DNA of 64,000 bases, from NCBI GenBank assembly GCA_963681965.1, contig OY820579.1:2528001-2592000 (forward strand), read 5' to 3'. The translations under genes were made by a program, and so were the position numbers. The DNA is from a bacterium. GTDB taxonomy: Bacteria; Electryoneota; JAOADG01. Every line of letters begins with the position of its first letter. Positions within the stretch are counted from its first letter, which is position 1. A model generated the notes under the pieces. The model worked only from the letters and a program-made list of their open reading frames with translations. It was not told where the DNA came from and did not search any database. Of this stretch, positions 1 to 8,097 are shown one piece after another.

Positions 1-1
1 T

Positions 2-2035
2 ATCGCACTGTTCGCACTTGCGAAAGCGTGCATCAGTGGCAAGGGCGGTTTCGGCCATTTCCAATCGTCGGTACGGTACGGAAAATTCGAAGATACTCTG
101 GATGAATTCACCAAGCGATTCCGCGATAACTGTGCGACGATCAACCAGCTCGTGTACGACAACGGCAAAGAGAATCGTGCCGAAAACTCCACCATCGATG
201 AGTTGCTTCCCGGTGTTAAAGTTGATCTAGCCTATTTCGATCCACCGTATGCGACCGAGTTCTCGACCACCAATTACGAAAGCTATTACCACTTTGTCGA
301 AGGACTGATGACCTATTGGGACGGTCTGACTATCAATATCGATAGTGCCACCCACAAGTTCATTGAAACCGGTGAACAGACGGTAACGCAGGCATCTGCC
401 GAAGCATTTTTTGAGACGTTTCTGAAGAGTGCCGCTGGTATCGGATGCTGGATCATTTCTTATCGCGATCATGCCTTTCCCAACGAAGCGAAGATCAAAT
501 CTCTAATTGCGGATTCCGGTAAAGTGTCCCGAATGTTTTCGAAGGATCACTCTTACCAGCTCGCCGGAAACGACCGTCGTGGCGATGCCTCACAAGCCAA
601 AGAGCGGATATTCGTCTGCGGACCAACTGAGACAGCAATACGAGTTGTAGCAGATTTGGAAGAGGAAGTATCTCAAACTTCACAGGGAGTATCTGAGCAA
701 TTTCCAGCAAGTGGTTTTCGTGACGAGAAACACTGCAAAGCAACGATCACTGCCAATATCAAGTTGGTTGCCGATGCGAAAGTCGCCGGTGTCGCTGATA
801 CAGATCCTGAGTTTGTATTTGTACTAACGCACGTCGGCACCAATCTCAACGGTGATAATTTCACTCGCGACGAACTGATCAAAGCTGCACCTACTGCGAT
901 TTCACGCAAAGTCGATCTCAAACATTCGCAGGATCTCACTGACATCGTCGGTGGCATTACCGATTCCCAGTGGAAAGATGAAGAGGGCGGTTTGATAGAA
1001 TGTACCGGTCGTCTCTTTGTTTCTGATAATCCGCACGCCCAGCTCGCTTACCGGCTCATGAAGGAAGGGATCGTCAAGCAGGTCTCAATGGAATGCCAGT
1101 ACGATGCAGGTGAGTGTTCGATCTGTGGAAAGAAATTCTCTTCTAAGGCTGACTACTGCATCCATCTCCGCAAATACAAAGGTGCCACTTATCAGGGAAA
1201 ACCGGTATTTGAAATCCTGCGTGGTGTCGTGTTTACCGGTGTGGGATTGCTTTCCGATAAAGGTGCCGACGAACGTGCGGTAATCCGTTCCGTTGCTGCA
1301 ACTGGAGACAAAATGAAAACACAGGCATTGTCTTTTTCCGAATATTTCCTCCAGCAACAGCGCAGTATGACGCTGTGGGACGTCGTGGGAGGATTACAAA
1401 GTTATCTGGGCGACCTACTTGGCAAAGTGAAGAATGAAGACCTCACCAACGACCAGGCCTTTGAACTGATGCAGAGTGGTGTTGAGCAATTTCGTTCCTC
1501 GCTGGAGGAGCTGTTTCAAAATCCAGCCGATTTACCAACTGTGGAGGCAAAGAAAATGAGTGATCAGAAACCACCGGAAACCCCTCCGGCGAGTGAGGCA
1601 GCTCCGGCAAGCGAACAGATCAAGACGCTGACGCAGGAGAATGCCGATTTGAAAAAGCAGGTCGAAGAGCTGGCGAAGCAACTTGACACGCTGAAGAAAG
1701 CTGCTGCTCAAGAAAAAGCGAAGGCAAAAGCGACGGAATTAGTGAAACGATTCGAACTCAAGGGTCGCACGTTCGCCAATGATACCGAGCGGGAAGCTGA
1801 GATTGAACGTCTATCAGCGCTTTCTGAAGATGCGCTCGCTGCAGTCGAAAACAGTCTTGCCGTTATCCCGGACATGAGTGCGCAGGCGAATCGCCAGCCG
1901 GTACTCAAAACCGATGCCGGTGTAAAGCCGGTCAATGTTCCCGATGCACCTCCCGGTGATTCACTGGGCAGCGAGCTGAAGGAAGGGATTCTGGCTGCTT
2001 ACAAACACAATCGTGGCGAACCGGTAAACCCCTAA
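2..2035 (+). CDS. 5'-truncated fusion: D12-class N6-adenine DNA methyltransferase (C-terminal half) + prohead/capsid maturation protease + coiled-coil scaffold
   Basis: The frame of ORF 152..2035 is open from base 2 (IALFALAKACISGKGGFGHF...). It contains DLAYFDPPY (MTase motif IV) and WIISY. Further on it has NLNGDNF, DLKH, VSMEC, CSICG..YCIH and FTGVGLL..GAD, typical of phage head proteases, then a charged coiled coil. It lies directly upstream of the decoration and capsid genes. Confidence 0.8.
   Translation: MALFALAKACISGKGGFGHFQSSVRYGKFEDTLDEFTKRFRDNCATINQLVYDNGKENRAENSTIDELLPGVKVDLAYFDPPYATEFSTTNYESYYHFVEGLMTYWDGLTINIDSATHKFIETGEQTVTQASAEAFFETFLKSAAGIGCWIISYRDHAFPNEAKIKSLIADSGKVSRMFSKDHSYQLAGNDRRGDASQAKERIFVCGPTETAIRVVADLEEEVSQTSQGVSEQFPASGFRDEKHCKATITANIKLVADAKVAGVADTDPEFVFVLTHVGTNLNGDNFTRDELIKAAPTAISRKVDLKHSQDLTDIVGGITDSQWKDEEGGLIECTGRLFVSDNPHAQLAYRLMKEGIVKQVSMECQYDAGECSICGKKFSSKADYCIHLRKYKGATYQGKPVFEILRGVVFTGVGLLSDKGADERAVIRSVAATGDKMKTQALSFSEYFLQQQRSMTLWDVVGGLQSYLGDLLGKVKNEDLTNDQAFELMQSGVEQFRSSLEELFQNPADLPTVEAKKMSDQKPPETPPASEAAPASEQIKTLTQENADLKKQVEELAKQLDTLKKAAAQEKAKAKATELVKRFELKGRTFANDTEREAEIERLSALSEDALAAVENSLAVIPDMSAQANRQPVLKTDAGVKPVNVPDAPPGDSLGSELKEGILAAYKHNRGEPVNP
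1543..1558 (+). promoter_or_regulatory. Internal in-frame translation start (GGAGG-8nt-ATG) for a stand-alone scaffold protein (MSDQKPPE..., 1556..2035)
   Basis: GGAGG at 1543-1547, ATG at 1556 in frame with the fusion gene. A second in-frame GGAG..ATG lies at 1304-1315. Confidence 0.55.
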
Positions 2036-2053
2036 CCTGGAGCAAAGTCTCTT

Positions 2054-2473
2054 ATGGCAAACTATCTCAATGCCACCTTGCCGGGAATTGCCTACGGCAA
2101 TGGCGAACTGCAGGGTCCGGGTAACCCCGGGCAAATCGTGAAGTTGATCGGTAACGATCTCTTCGCTGTAGTCAGTAATGCGAACGATGAACCGTTTGGC
2201 ATCATCGGACGCACCAACCGCACCAAGAATTCACCGACCCCGGGACCGAATGACAAGGTACTGGCAGTGGTGTTTGTTGGCGACGGTATCTACGAAACCG
2301 ACAATTTTTCCGGTTCGATCACAGCCGGTGATGCGCTCACCTTCGATGCGACGCTCGGCAACCTGAAAGTTGCTGGCGCCGGAAGCCAGATTATCGGTCG
2401 TGCGCTGTCGGTATCGGATGGGCTTTTGAAGTTTCAGTGGACGAATCACGGGACCAGTGTCCCCTCGGCGTAA
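2054..2473 (+). CDS. Capsid decoration/cement protein
   Basis: 139 aa, Gly-rich beta protein between scaffold and major capsid genes; GGAG RBS. Confidence 0.6.
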   Translation: MANYLNATLPGIAYGNGELQGPGNPGQIVKLIGNDLFAVVSNANDEPFGIIGRTNRTKNSPTPGPNDKVLAVVFVGDGIYETDNFSGSITAGDALTFDATLGNLKVAGAGSQIIGRALSVSDGLLKFQWTNHGTSVPSA

Positions 2474-2483
2474 GGAGTAATCA

Positions 2484-3350
2484 ATGAATAGCACCGAAGT
2501 GAACTCCCGCGAATTCATGGAGAAAATGGGTCGATTGATGACCCGTTCTCTGGAGAGTCCGGAGGGAATGAAAGCGATGGCGGAAGCGATTGCTCCCCCG
2601 ATTGAGATGGAACTCAACCGCAGGATCATTACGCCGTTGCTCTTGACCGAACACCCGTTACCTCCCGGACAACCAGCGAAGTACCAGAAGGTTGCCGGTA
2701 TCAAGGCACATTGGATCGCCACTGGTGGACAGGTGGTTTCCAGTGAAATTGCGGACAATGACGAAGTTGAATTTCCGGTGGACCGTATCCCGGCAAATCC
2801 GATGGTCGATATCTCGGCATTGCAGAGTGGCAACGTCGGCACGCTGACAGACCACCAGAACAAAGCCGCCGATGCCATCCGCAAGGAAATTGATAAACGG
2901 ACGATGGCACTACTTTCGGCTGCCGTTCCCCAGTCGAACATCGTGACCATTACCAGCGGTGGGAAGCTCACCGAAACCGCCTTTTATCAGGCAATCGCCA
3001 AGGTTGAGGATCTCGAACTCAATCCGCGATACATCGTGATGCGTGGTGCCCGAATGGCCGATCTCAAGAGCTGGTCGAATCTCGATCAACAGTCCAATCG
3101 TGAGCTGTTCGAGAAGGGTGTCGTCAAGTCGATGGGTGGCGCTGGTCTGATCAATACCGCCAGTGCGTCGCTGTCGGAAGTGATTCTGATCCCCGATTAC
3201 GAAATCGGAAAGTATGCGATCCGGACTGCAATCACCGCCGAACCGTACAAGGATGTGCAGAAATTCAAGGTTGGCTGGGTCGTCTGGCTCGAGTGTGCGC
3301 TTGGCATTACCCGTCCCGATTTGTTGTTCAAAATCGTCATCAACGGTTAA
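2484..3350 (+). CDS. Major capsid protein (HK97-fold type)
   Basis: 288 aa, strong AAGGAG RBS, position after protease/decoration, C-terminal GITRPDLLFKI typical of capsid ends. Confidence 0.8.
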   Translation: MNSTEVNSREFMEKMGRLMTRSLESPEGMKAMAEAIAPPIEMELNRRIITPLLLTEHPLPPGQPAKYQKVAGIKAHWIATGGQVVSSEIADNDEVEFPVDRIPANPMVDISALQSGNVGTLTDHQNKAADAIRKEIDKRTMALLSAAVPQSNIVTITSGGKLTETAFYQAIAKVEDLELNPRYIVMRGARMADLKSWSNLDQQSNRELFEKGVVKSMGGAGLINTASASLSEVILIPDYEIGKYAIRTAITAEPYKDVQKFKVGWVVWLECALGITRPDLLFKIVING

Positions 3351-3354
3351 TCCG

Positions 3355-3555
3355 ATGGCACAGATCAAAAATAGTTCCGGGACGACGTTGGTGTTCCCTT
3401 CGGGTTTAGTCTTGCTGCCGGACGCATCGCATTCTCCGAGTCGTTTGACTCCCGAGTTAAGCGATGCGCTGGCAAGCGGACTGCTTACCGAAGAGAAACC
3501 GATGGAAGCGACCGGCGAAGTAGAAACGACAACAACCGGTAAGAAAAAGAAATGA
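3355..3555 (+). CDS. Small post-capsid protein (MAQIKNSSG..., 66 aa)
   Basis: Fills the gap between capsid stop and next gene (ATGA overlap); Lys-rich C-terminus as often seen after capsid genes. Confidence 0.6.
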   Translation: MAQIKNSSGTTLVFPSGLVLLPDASHSPSRLTPELSDALASGLLTEEKPMEATGEVETTTTGKKKK

Positions 3556-3980
3556 CACCGTTGTCCGAACTCACGGCGAAATTGCGTCTCGACTACCATG
3601 ATACGCTGAGTGATCCGGCACACGATCTGTCGGACGAGCAATTGTGTCGTTGTATCGAACGGGGATTGCTGTTCCTGAATCGCGACTTCGCTGCAGTCTA
3701 TACGGTGACTGGTGATTCAATCGACCCTGTATTGACGATGGAACACCGCGAACTGCTTTTGCTCAGTTCGCTCGCACTGGTTTGTGAAACGATGGCAGCA
3801 AAATCGTCGCGGCAGGTTTCATTCTCTTCCGGCGATAAATCGGTGACGCATGGCGATGAAGCTCGTATCTGGCTCGCACTGGGTGAGCGCAGTATGTCGA
3901 GATACGATGCCGCAGTTGAGGCTTGGACAGGTGGAGTCGGCAGCCTGCAGCCATTGCTGTATGGTGATTCGGAGTCATGA
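3552..3980 (+). CDS. Head-tail adaptor/connector (putative)
   Basis: 142 aa helical protein with SFSSGDKSV motif, synteny. Confidence 0.6.
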   Translation: MTPLSELTAKLRLDYHDTLSDPAHDLSDEQLCRCIERGLLFLNRDFAAVYTVTGDSIDPVLTMEHRELLLLSSLALVCETMAAKSSRQVSFSSGDKSVTHGDEARIWLALGERSMSRYDAAVEAWTGGVGSLQPLLYGDSES

Positions 3981-4351
3981 CAACTTTTCTGACCATCGCA
4001 CAAGCGAATCAGATTCTTGCCGACATGAAAGTGCTCATTGAAAGTAGCGGCGAATCGGCAACTCGCTCCCGGCAGGTAATAAACCCGGTGTTATACGGTG
4101 GGCAACCTATCGGTGAATCGATCGACCAGATTACTTTTCCAATCCTGCGCAAGCAACTGCCGGAAAGCGATCTGACCGTTTCAGGTAATGCATTCGTGAT
4201 TTCGGTGTTACCGGAGATCGATATCGGTGAAATTGATATCGTCACAATTGGCAGTACGCATTACGGAGTCGTGGAAGTAACGCAGCACAATCTGTTCGGG
4301 GTCATAACGCATCTGGATGTAAAACTGGAACCGTACCGGAGCAATCAGTGA
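3977..4351 (+). CDS. Head closure/stopper protein (putative)
   Basis: 124 aa beta-rich protein following the adaptor; ATGA overlap. Confidence 0.55.
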   Translation: MTTFLTIAQANQILADMKVLIESSGESATRSRQVINPVLYGGQPIGESIDQITFPILRKQLPESDLTVSGNAFVISVLPEIDIGEIDIVTIGSTHYGVVEVTQHNLFGVITHLDVKLEPYRSNQ

Positions 4352-4821
4352 AAATTGTCGTCGACACTCGTGCATTTGCTAAGAGCAAAGCGGTGCTTCG
4401 CAAGCATCCGTTGTTGCTGCAAGCTGCATTACAGAGTGCGATGGTGACGCTTGCCGAGGATGTTCGTAAGGTTGCGGTGACTAAACTTCGTGATAGTGGT
4501 GCAGTCGATTCCGGTTTACTGATGAACAGTATTTCGGTAGTCCCGGAAAGTAAACGGAAACTTACTGTCGGCACCAATGTCGCGTATGCGGCTGCTGTGG
4601 AATTTGGTGCACGGGGTCACTGGCTCCATATCGATTCCGTTCCTGGTATGAGGCTCTGGCTCAAACGTCATGGAATACCGGGGTGGAATACGAGGAAGTT
4701 TTTCTATGTAGCACCCAAGCCGCGTCCCTATTTCGAACCGGCATTTGTGCATGGAAAAGCGGTTGCACCAAAAGTGATCGAAGTGGCATTTGGTAATGTG
4801 TTACTGGGACTCCATTCGTGA
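4348..4821 (+). CDS. HK97 gp10-like neck/tail-completion protein
   Basis: Motifs VDSGLLMNSI, VGTNVAYAAAVEFG, PRPYFEPA. Confidence 0.8.
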   Translation: MKIVVDTRAFAKSKAVLRKHPLLLQAALQSAMVTLAEDVRKVAVTKLRDSGAVDSGLLMNSISVVPESKRKLTVGTNVAYAAAVEFGARGHWLHIDSVPGMRLWLKRHGIPGWNTRKFFYVAPKPRPYFEPAFVHGKAVAPKVIEVAFGNVLLGLHS

Positions 4822-5348
4822 AGCTAGAACTCGCATTAGCGCAGTGGATTACTAGTAATCATCCAGAGCTGCATGTGTTCAAGGATGATTTGGCGCATAC
4901 GGCAGCCGGGTATCCCTATCCACTTCTGCTCATTACTGAAATTGATGCTAGGCGCATGCAGATCGGAACGGGACCATACGATGTAGTGGATGGTTCTACC
5001 GAGCAAAAATGGTGGAATGTTGACAGGACGTTGCGGTTTACAATGCGCTCACCGGCAGATAAACAACATGATGGCAACACGATTGTACATGCGCTGATTG
5101 AGCAGATCGACAATGAGCTGCAGTCGCTTTTTCGTACCGGATCGGTCGACTTACTACTGGGCGATGATTCAGTACACGTCGCAATGGCGAATCACGCAGG
5201 TTTTCATGAGCTGCCTGCTATCACCGATAAGTTGCCATTCGTGTATCAGCGAGCACTGTCATGGCGTTTTCAGGAAATGACCTGTCAGGAGTTTGAAGGA
5301 GTGCCTCCACTGATCGCGGTGCATTTCGAGATGGGAGATTTCGAGTAA
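4818..5348 (+). CDS. Tail terminator protein (putative)
   Basis: 176 aa, YPYP motif, position just before the sheath gene. Confidence 0.5.
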   Translation: MKLELALAQWITSNHPELHVFKDDLAHTAAGYPYPLLLITEIDARRMQIGTGPYDVVDGSTEQKWWNVDRTLRFTMRSPADKQHDGNTIVHALIEQIDNELQSLFRTGSVDLLLGDDSVHVAMANHAGFHELPAITDKLPFVYQRALSWRFQEMTCQEFEGVPPLIAVHFEMGDFE

Positions 5349-5590
5349 TGAACAGACGTACGAACGGGGATTCTGAACCGGTAACCGACTTGATCGCTCC
5401 CGTTGAAACGACAATTACTGTCGCTCCGGAGTATCGGGTGAATGTGTTGCTTCCCGAATTAAAGCAGTATCCGACCCATGTCATGAACGCCGTACTGGCG
5501 CAGCATGGATTGACACCGATGAGTTTGATTTCGAAGACGCGCCTCGTCGAATTGATCGAGTCGTGGTTAAAGGGGGATGCCAATGGCTGA
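5348..5590 (+). CDS. Small hypothetical tail protein
   Basis: 80 aa, TAATG coupling with upstream gene, overlaps sheath start. Confidence 0.55.
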   Translation: MNRRTNGDSEPVTDLIAPVETTITVAPEYRVNVLLPELKQYPTHVMNAVLAQHGLTPMSLISKTRLVELIESWLKGDANG

Positions 5591-7007
5591 CCGCATTATC
5601 AAGAATGTGTACACAGATTATAAGTCGGGTCCGGTGGTCCCTTCCGTCATCCCGACCAACATCGAGTTCTGTGCAGGCACCGCCAAGCGGGGTCTGCTTG
5701 AACATGTCTATCAAGTGTCGGATAAGGCGACCGCGAAGGAACTCTTCGGTAGTGGCGAATTGCTGAAAGCGCTGGAAGAGAAGATCGACGCTTCGCAAGG
5801 ATCGGCAGTCCTGTATGTACTTCGTATCGCGGGTGCCACTGCTGCCGCCGCGACCTCCAATCTGATGGATGCGACTTCCGGCACTGCCATTCCCGCAATT
5901 GTCCTCACGGCAAAGGAAAAGGGGACGTGGTTTAATAGTGACCGAGTGAACGTCGATGTGATCGCCGATTCGAACGACCGCACCATCGTAATTACCATCG
6001 GTGAACAGATTTATCGCTTCACAGGTACGACCAATACTGCCCTGGTAGAATCGATCAACGGCAACAGTAACTGCCCAGTTAAGGCTGTCGTTGCCAGTGG
6101 TTCACCTACGGTGGTGAAAGCGCAAACTGGTGTACACCTAGCTGGTGGGGACGACGGTGATACACTCGCCAACAGTGATTACACCAATGCGATCACACTT
6201 TCCGAAACATACACCGATGCGGCATGGGTGCATTTCGTCGGTGCGACCTCGGTTGCGCTCTGGACTTCGATCCTTACTTCCTGCGCCAACATGATTGCCA
6301 GTAATCGTGGTGAACGATTCGCCATTCTCGATTTTCCGACGATTACGGCAGTCGACAAAATGCAACCGACTGCTGCCGAAATTGTCACTTATCTCGCTTC
6401 TTGCAAGACCTTGTACGATGCGGTTCGCGACCGTAATGCAGTGTTCTGTGTCGGCGAAGGGAAGTTCATCGCTTCCGATGGCACCGTCTATACCAACCGG
6501 CTCACCAATACACTGACTGGACTACTCGCCAATATCGATATCCAGAAGAGTTTGCTGGGTGAAAAGCCAGTCAACTTGATCAATCTCACTACCCATTTCA
6601 CCAATGCGCAGCAGACTTCGTTGGTGACCGAAGGTATCAATTACTTCCGGTTCCAACCGGGATTTGGCACCATCGTAGCGTTGTCGCAGAATCGTTGTCC
6701 GGTGGGTGATACTTACAACCGGGTTGAGAAACTTCGCGCGGTCTACACCGCCGGGAAGAAATGCCGGGCGGCAGCGTTCCCACATCTCGGTCGTCCCAAC
6801 GATTCACAGGGGCATGGCATCAAGTTGCTCGAAACCGACATGAAGAAACCACTCCAGATCATGCAGGATGCCGGGCAGATCGACAGTTACGATCTCTTCA
6901 TCGAATGCACACAAGAAATGCGCGATCTCGGTGAAGCTCGCGTCGTGCTCACTGTGAATTCGATGAAGGCGTTCGAGATCATCCTTAACGAAATCTACCT
7001 GCAGTAA
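5583..7007 (+). CDS. Tail sheath protein
   Basis: ~474 aa; LFGSGEL, AKEKGTWFN, LAGGDDG, RFAILD, GINYFR motifs of contractile sheath. Confidence 0.9.
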   Translation: MADRIIKNVYTDYKSGPVVPSVIPTNIEFCAGTAKRGLLEHVYQVSDKATAKELFGSGELLKALEEKIDASQGSAVLYVLRIAGATAAAATSNLMDATSGTAIPAIVLTAKEKGTWFNSDRVNVDVIADSNDRTIVITIGEQIYRFTGTTNTALVESINGNSNCPVKAVVASGSPTVVKAQTGVHLAGGDDGDTLANSDYTNAITLSETYTDAAWVHFVGATSVALWTSILTSCANMIASNRGERFAILDFPTITAVDKMQPTAAEIVTYLASCKTLYDAVRDRNAVFCVGEGKFIASDGTVYTNRLTNTLTGLLANIDIQKSLLGEKPVNLINLTTHFTNAQQTSLVTEGINYFRFQPGFGTIVALSQNRCPVGDTYNRVEKLRAVYTAGKKCRAAAFPHLGRPNDSQGHGIKLLETDMKKPLQIMQDAGQIDSYDLFIECTQEMRDLGEARVVLTVNSMKAFEIILNEIYLQ

Positions 7008-7028
7008 GCGGAGAAAGGACGCATAGAT

Positions 7029-7487
7029 ATGCCGAATCAAGAACCGATTGGCGTAATGGATGGCATCGCCGAGAACAGTATCAAACTGTTCATCGACGGG
7101 TTGCCGGTCTTCGCCCTGAAAAATTTCAATTGGAAGATCTCACATCCGAAAAAACCGCTTTATGGCGCTGGTTTTCCCAAGGCTCATGGCGTGACCCGTG
7201 CGGTCCACAAAACCTATGAGATCGATTTCGAGATTGCGGAAGTGCTTTCGAATAAAGCATTTGTCGCATCACAATTGCTAAAGAACACCGCACTGCAAGC
7301 GCCGTTCAGTGATCTCACTGATATTCGCGATGCCACCATTATTGCCATGTATCCTGGCGCTGCGATTGGTGAGAGTAAACTATTCACCGGTGTCGAAATC
7401 ACGGATTACGAAGGTGGTTTCGAGGATTCCGAAGATGCGAAACCAGTTGGTATCAAGTGCAAGGGCTTTGCCCTCGAGAAAGTGTAA
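7029..7487 (+). CDS. Tail tube protein
   Basis: 152 aa directly after sheath; AAGGA RBS. Confidence 0.7.
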   Translation: MPNQEPIGVMDGIAENSIKLFIDGLPVFALKNFNWKISHPKKPLYGAGFPKAHGVTRAVHKTYEIDFEIAEVLSNKAFVASQLLKNTALQAPFSDLTDIRDATIIAMYPGAAIGESKLFTGVEITDYEGGFEDSEDAKPVGIKCKGFALEKV

Positions 7488-7498
7488 CGAGGATTTTA

Positions 7499-7888
7499 AT
7501 GGAAACACTCAGCGATAACACCGTCATTCCACCGTTTCAGGTGCAGGAATTGACTCCAGAGATTCTCGCACAACTGCAAGAGAAGTGGAAACAGTACACG
7601 CTCCATGAAATTGAGTTGCCAACCACCGAGCAGAAATTCGTGGTTCGCAGCAGCAACTGGACAGAATTCTCCAAGATGCAGACGTTCCTGTCGAACAACC
7701 AGCAGACTGCCATTACCCGGGCGCCGGTGATGTATATCTCGCAGTTTGTAGTCTTTCCCGAAATCAATGCGATGGAGCTGGAAACCAATACCAGTGGCTT
7801 CTGGCAACCGGGACTCATTCTTTCGCTATTCCTGAAAATTCAGGAAACACTGGGACACAAAGATGGTGGTTCGATAAAAAAGCTCTGA
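7499..7888 (+). CDS. Tail assembly chaperone (gpG equivalent)
   Basis: GAGGA RBS before ATG 7499; between tube and TMP; ends ...ATA AAA AAG CTC TGA. Confidence 0.75.
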   Translation: METLSDNTVIPPFQVQELTPEILAQLQEKWKQYTLHEIELPTTEQKFVVRSSNWTEFSKMQTFLSNNQQTAITRAPVMYISQFVVFPEINAMELETNTSGFWQPGLILSLFLKIQETLGHKDGGSIKKL

Positions 7889-8091
7889 GGCGTGAGCGCG
7901 AGCGAATCGATCACGAATGGTATCTCCAACTGCGGGCTGTGATCTGCAAATGGTTTCCGGGATACACCTTTGCGGTAGTCGATACACTGCCGTTTGAACA
8001 GGTATATGAACTGTATGCCAGCGCCGAGTGGTTATCCGATCAGGAATCGAAGGCCGTTGAACAAAACAAACCGAAGCGGGGACGAAGGTAA
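7876..8091 (+). CDS. -1 frameshift extension of tail chaperone (gpGT equivalent); slippery site A AAA AAG at 7876-7882
   Basis: The -1 frame is open from the heptamer to TAA 8089-8091 (ALRRERERIDHEWYLQLRAVICKWFPGY...), filling the gap to the TMP ATG at 8098. It is missing from the ORF track. Confidence 0.85.
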   Translation, partial: KKALRRERERIDHEWYLQLRAVICKWFPGYTFAVVDTLPFEQVYELYASAEWLSDQESKAVEQNKPKRGRR

Positions 8092-8097
8092 AAAGAG

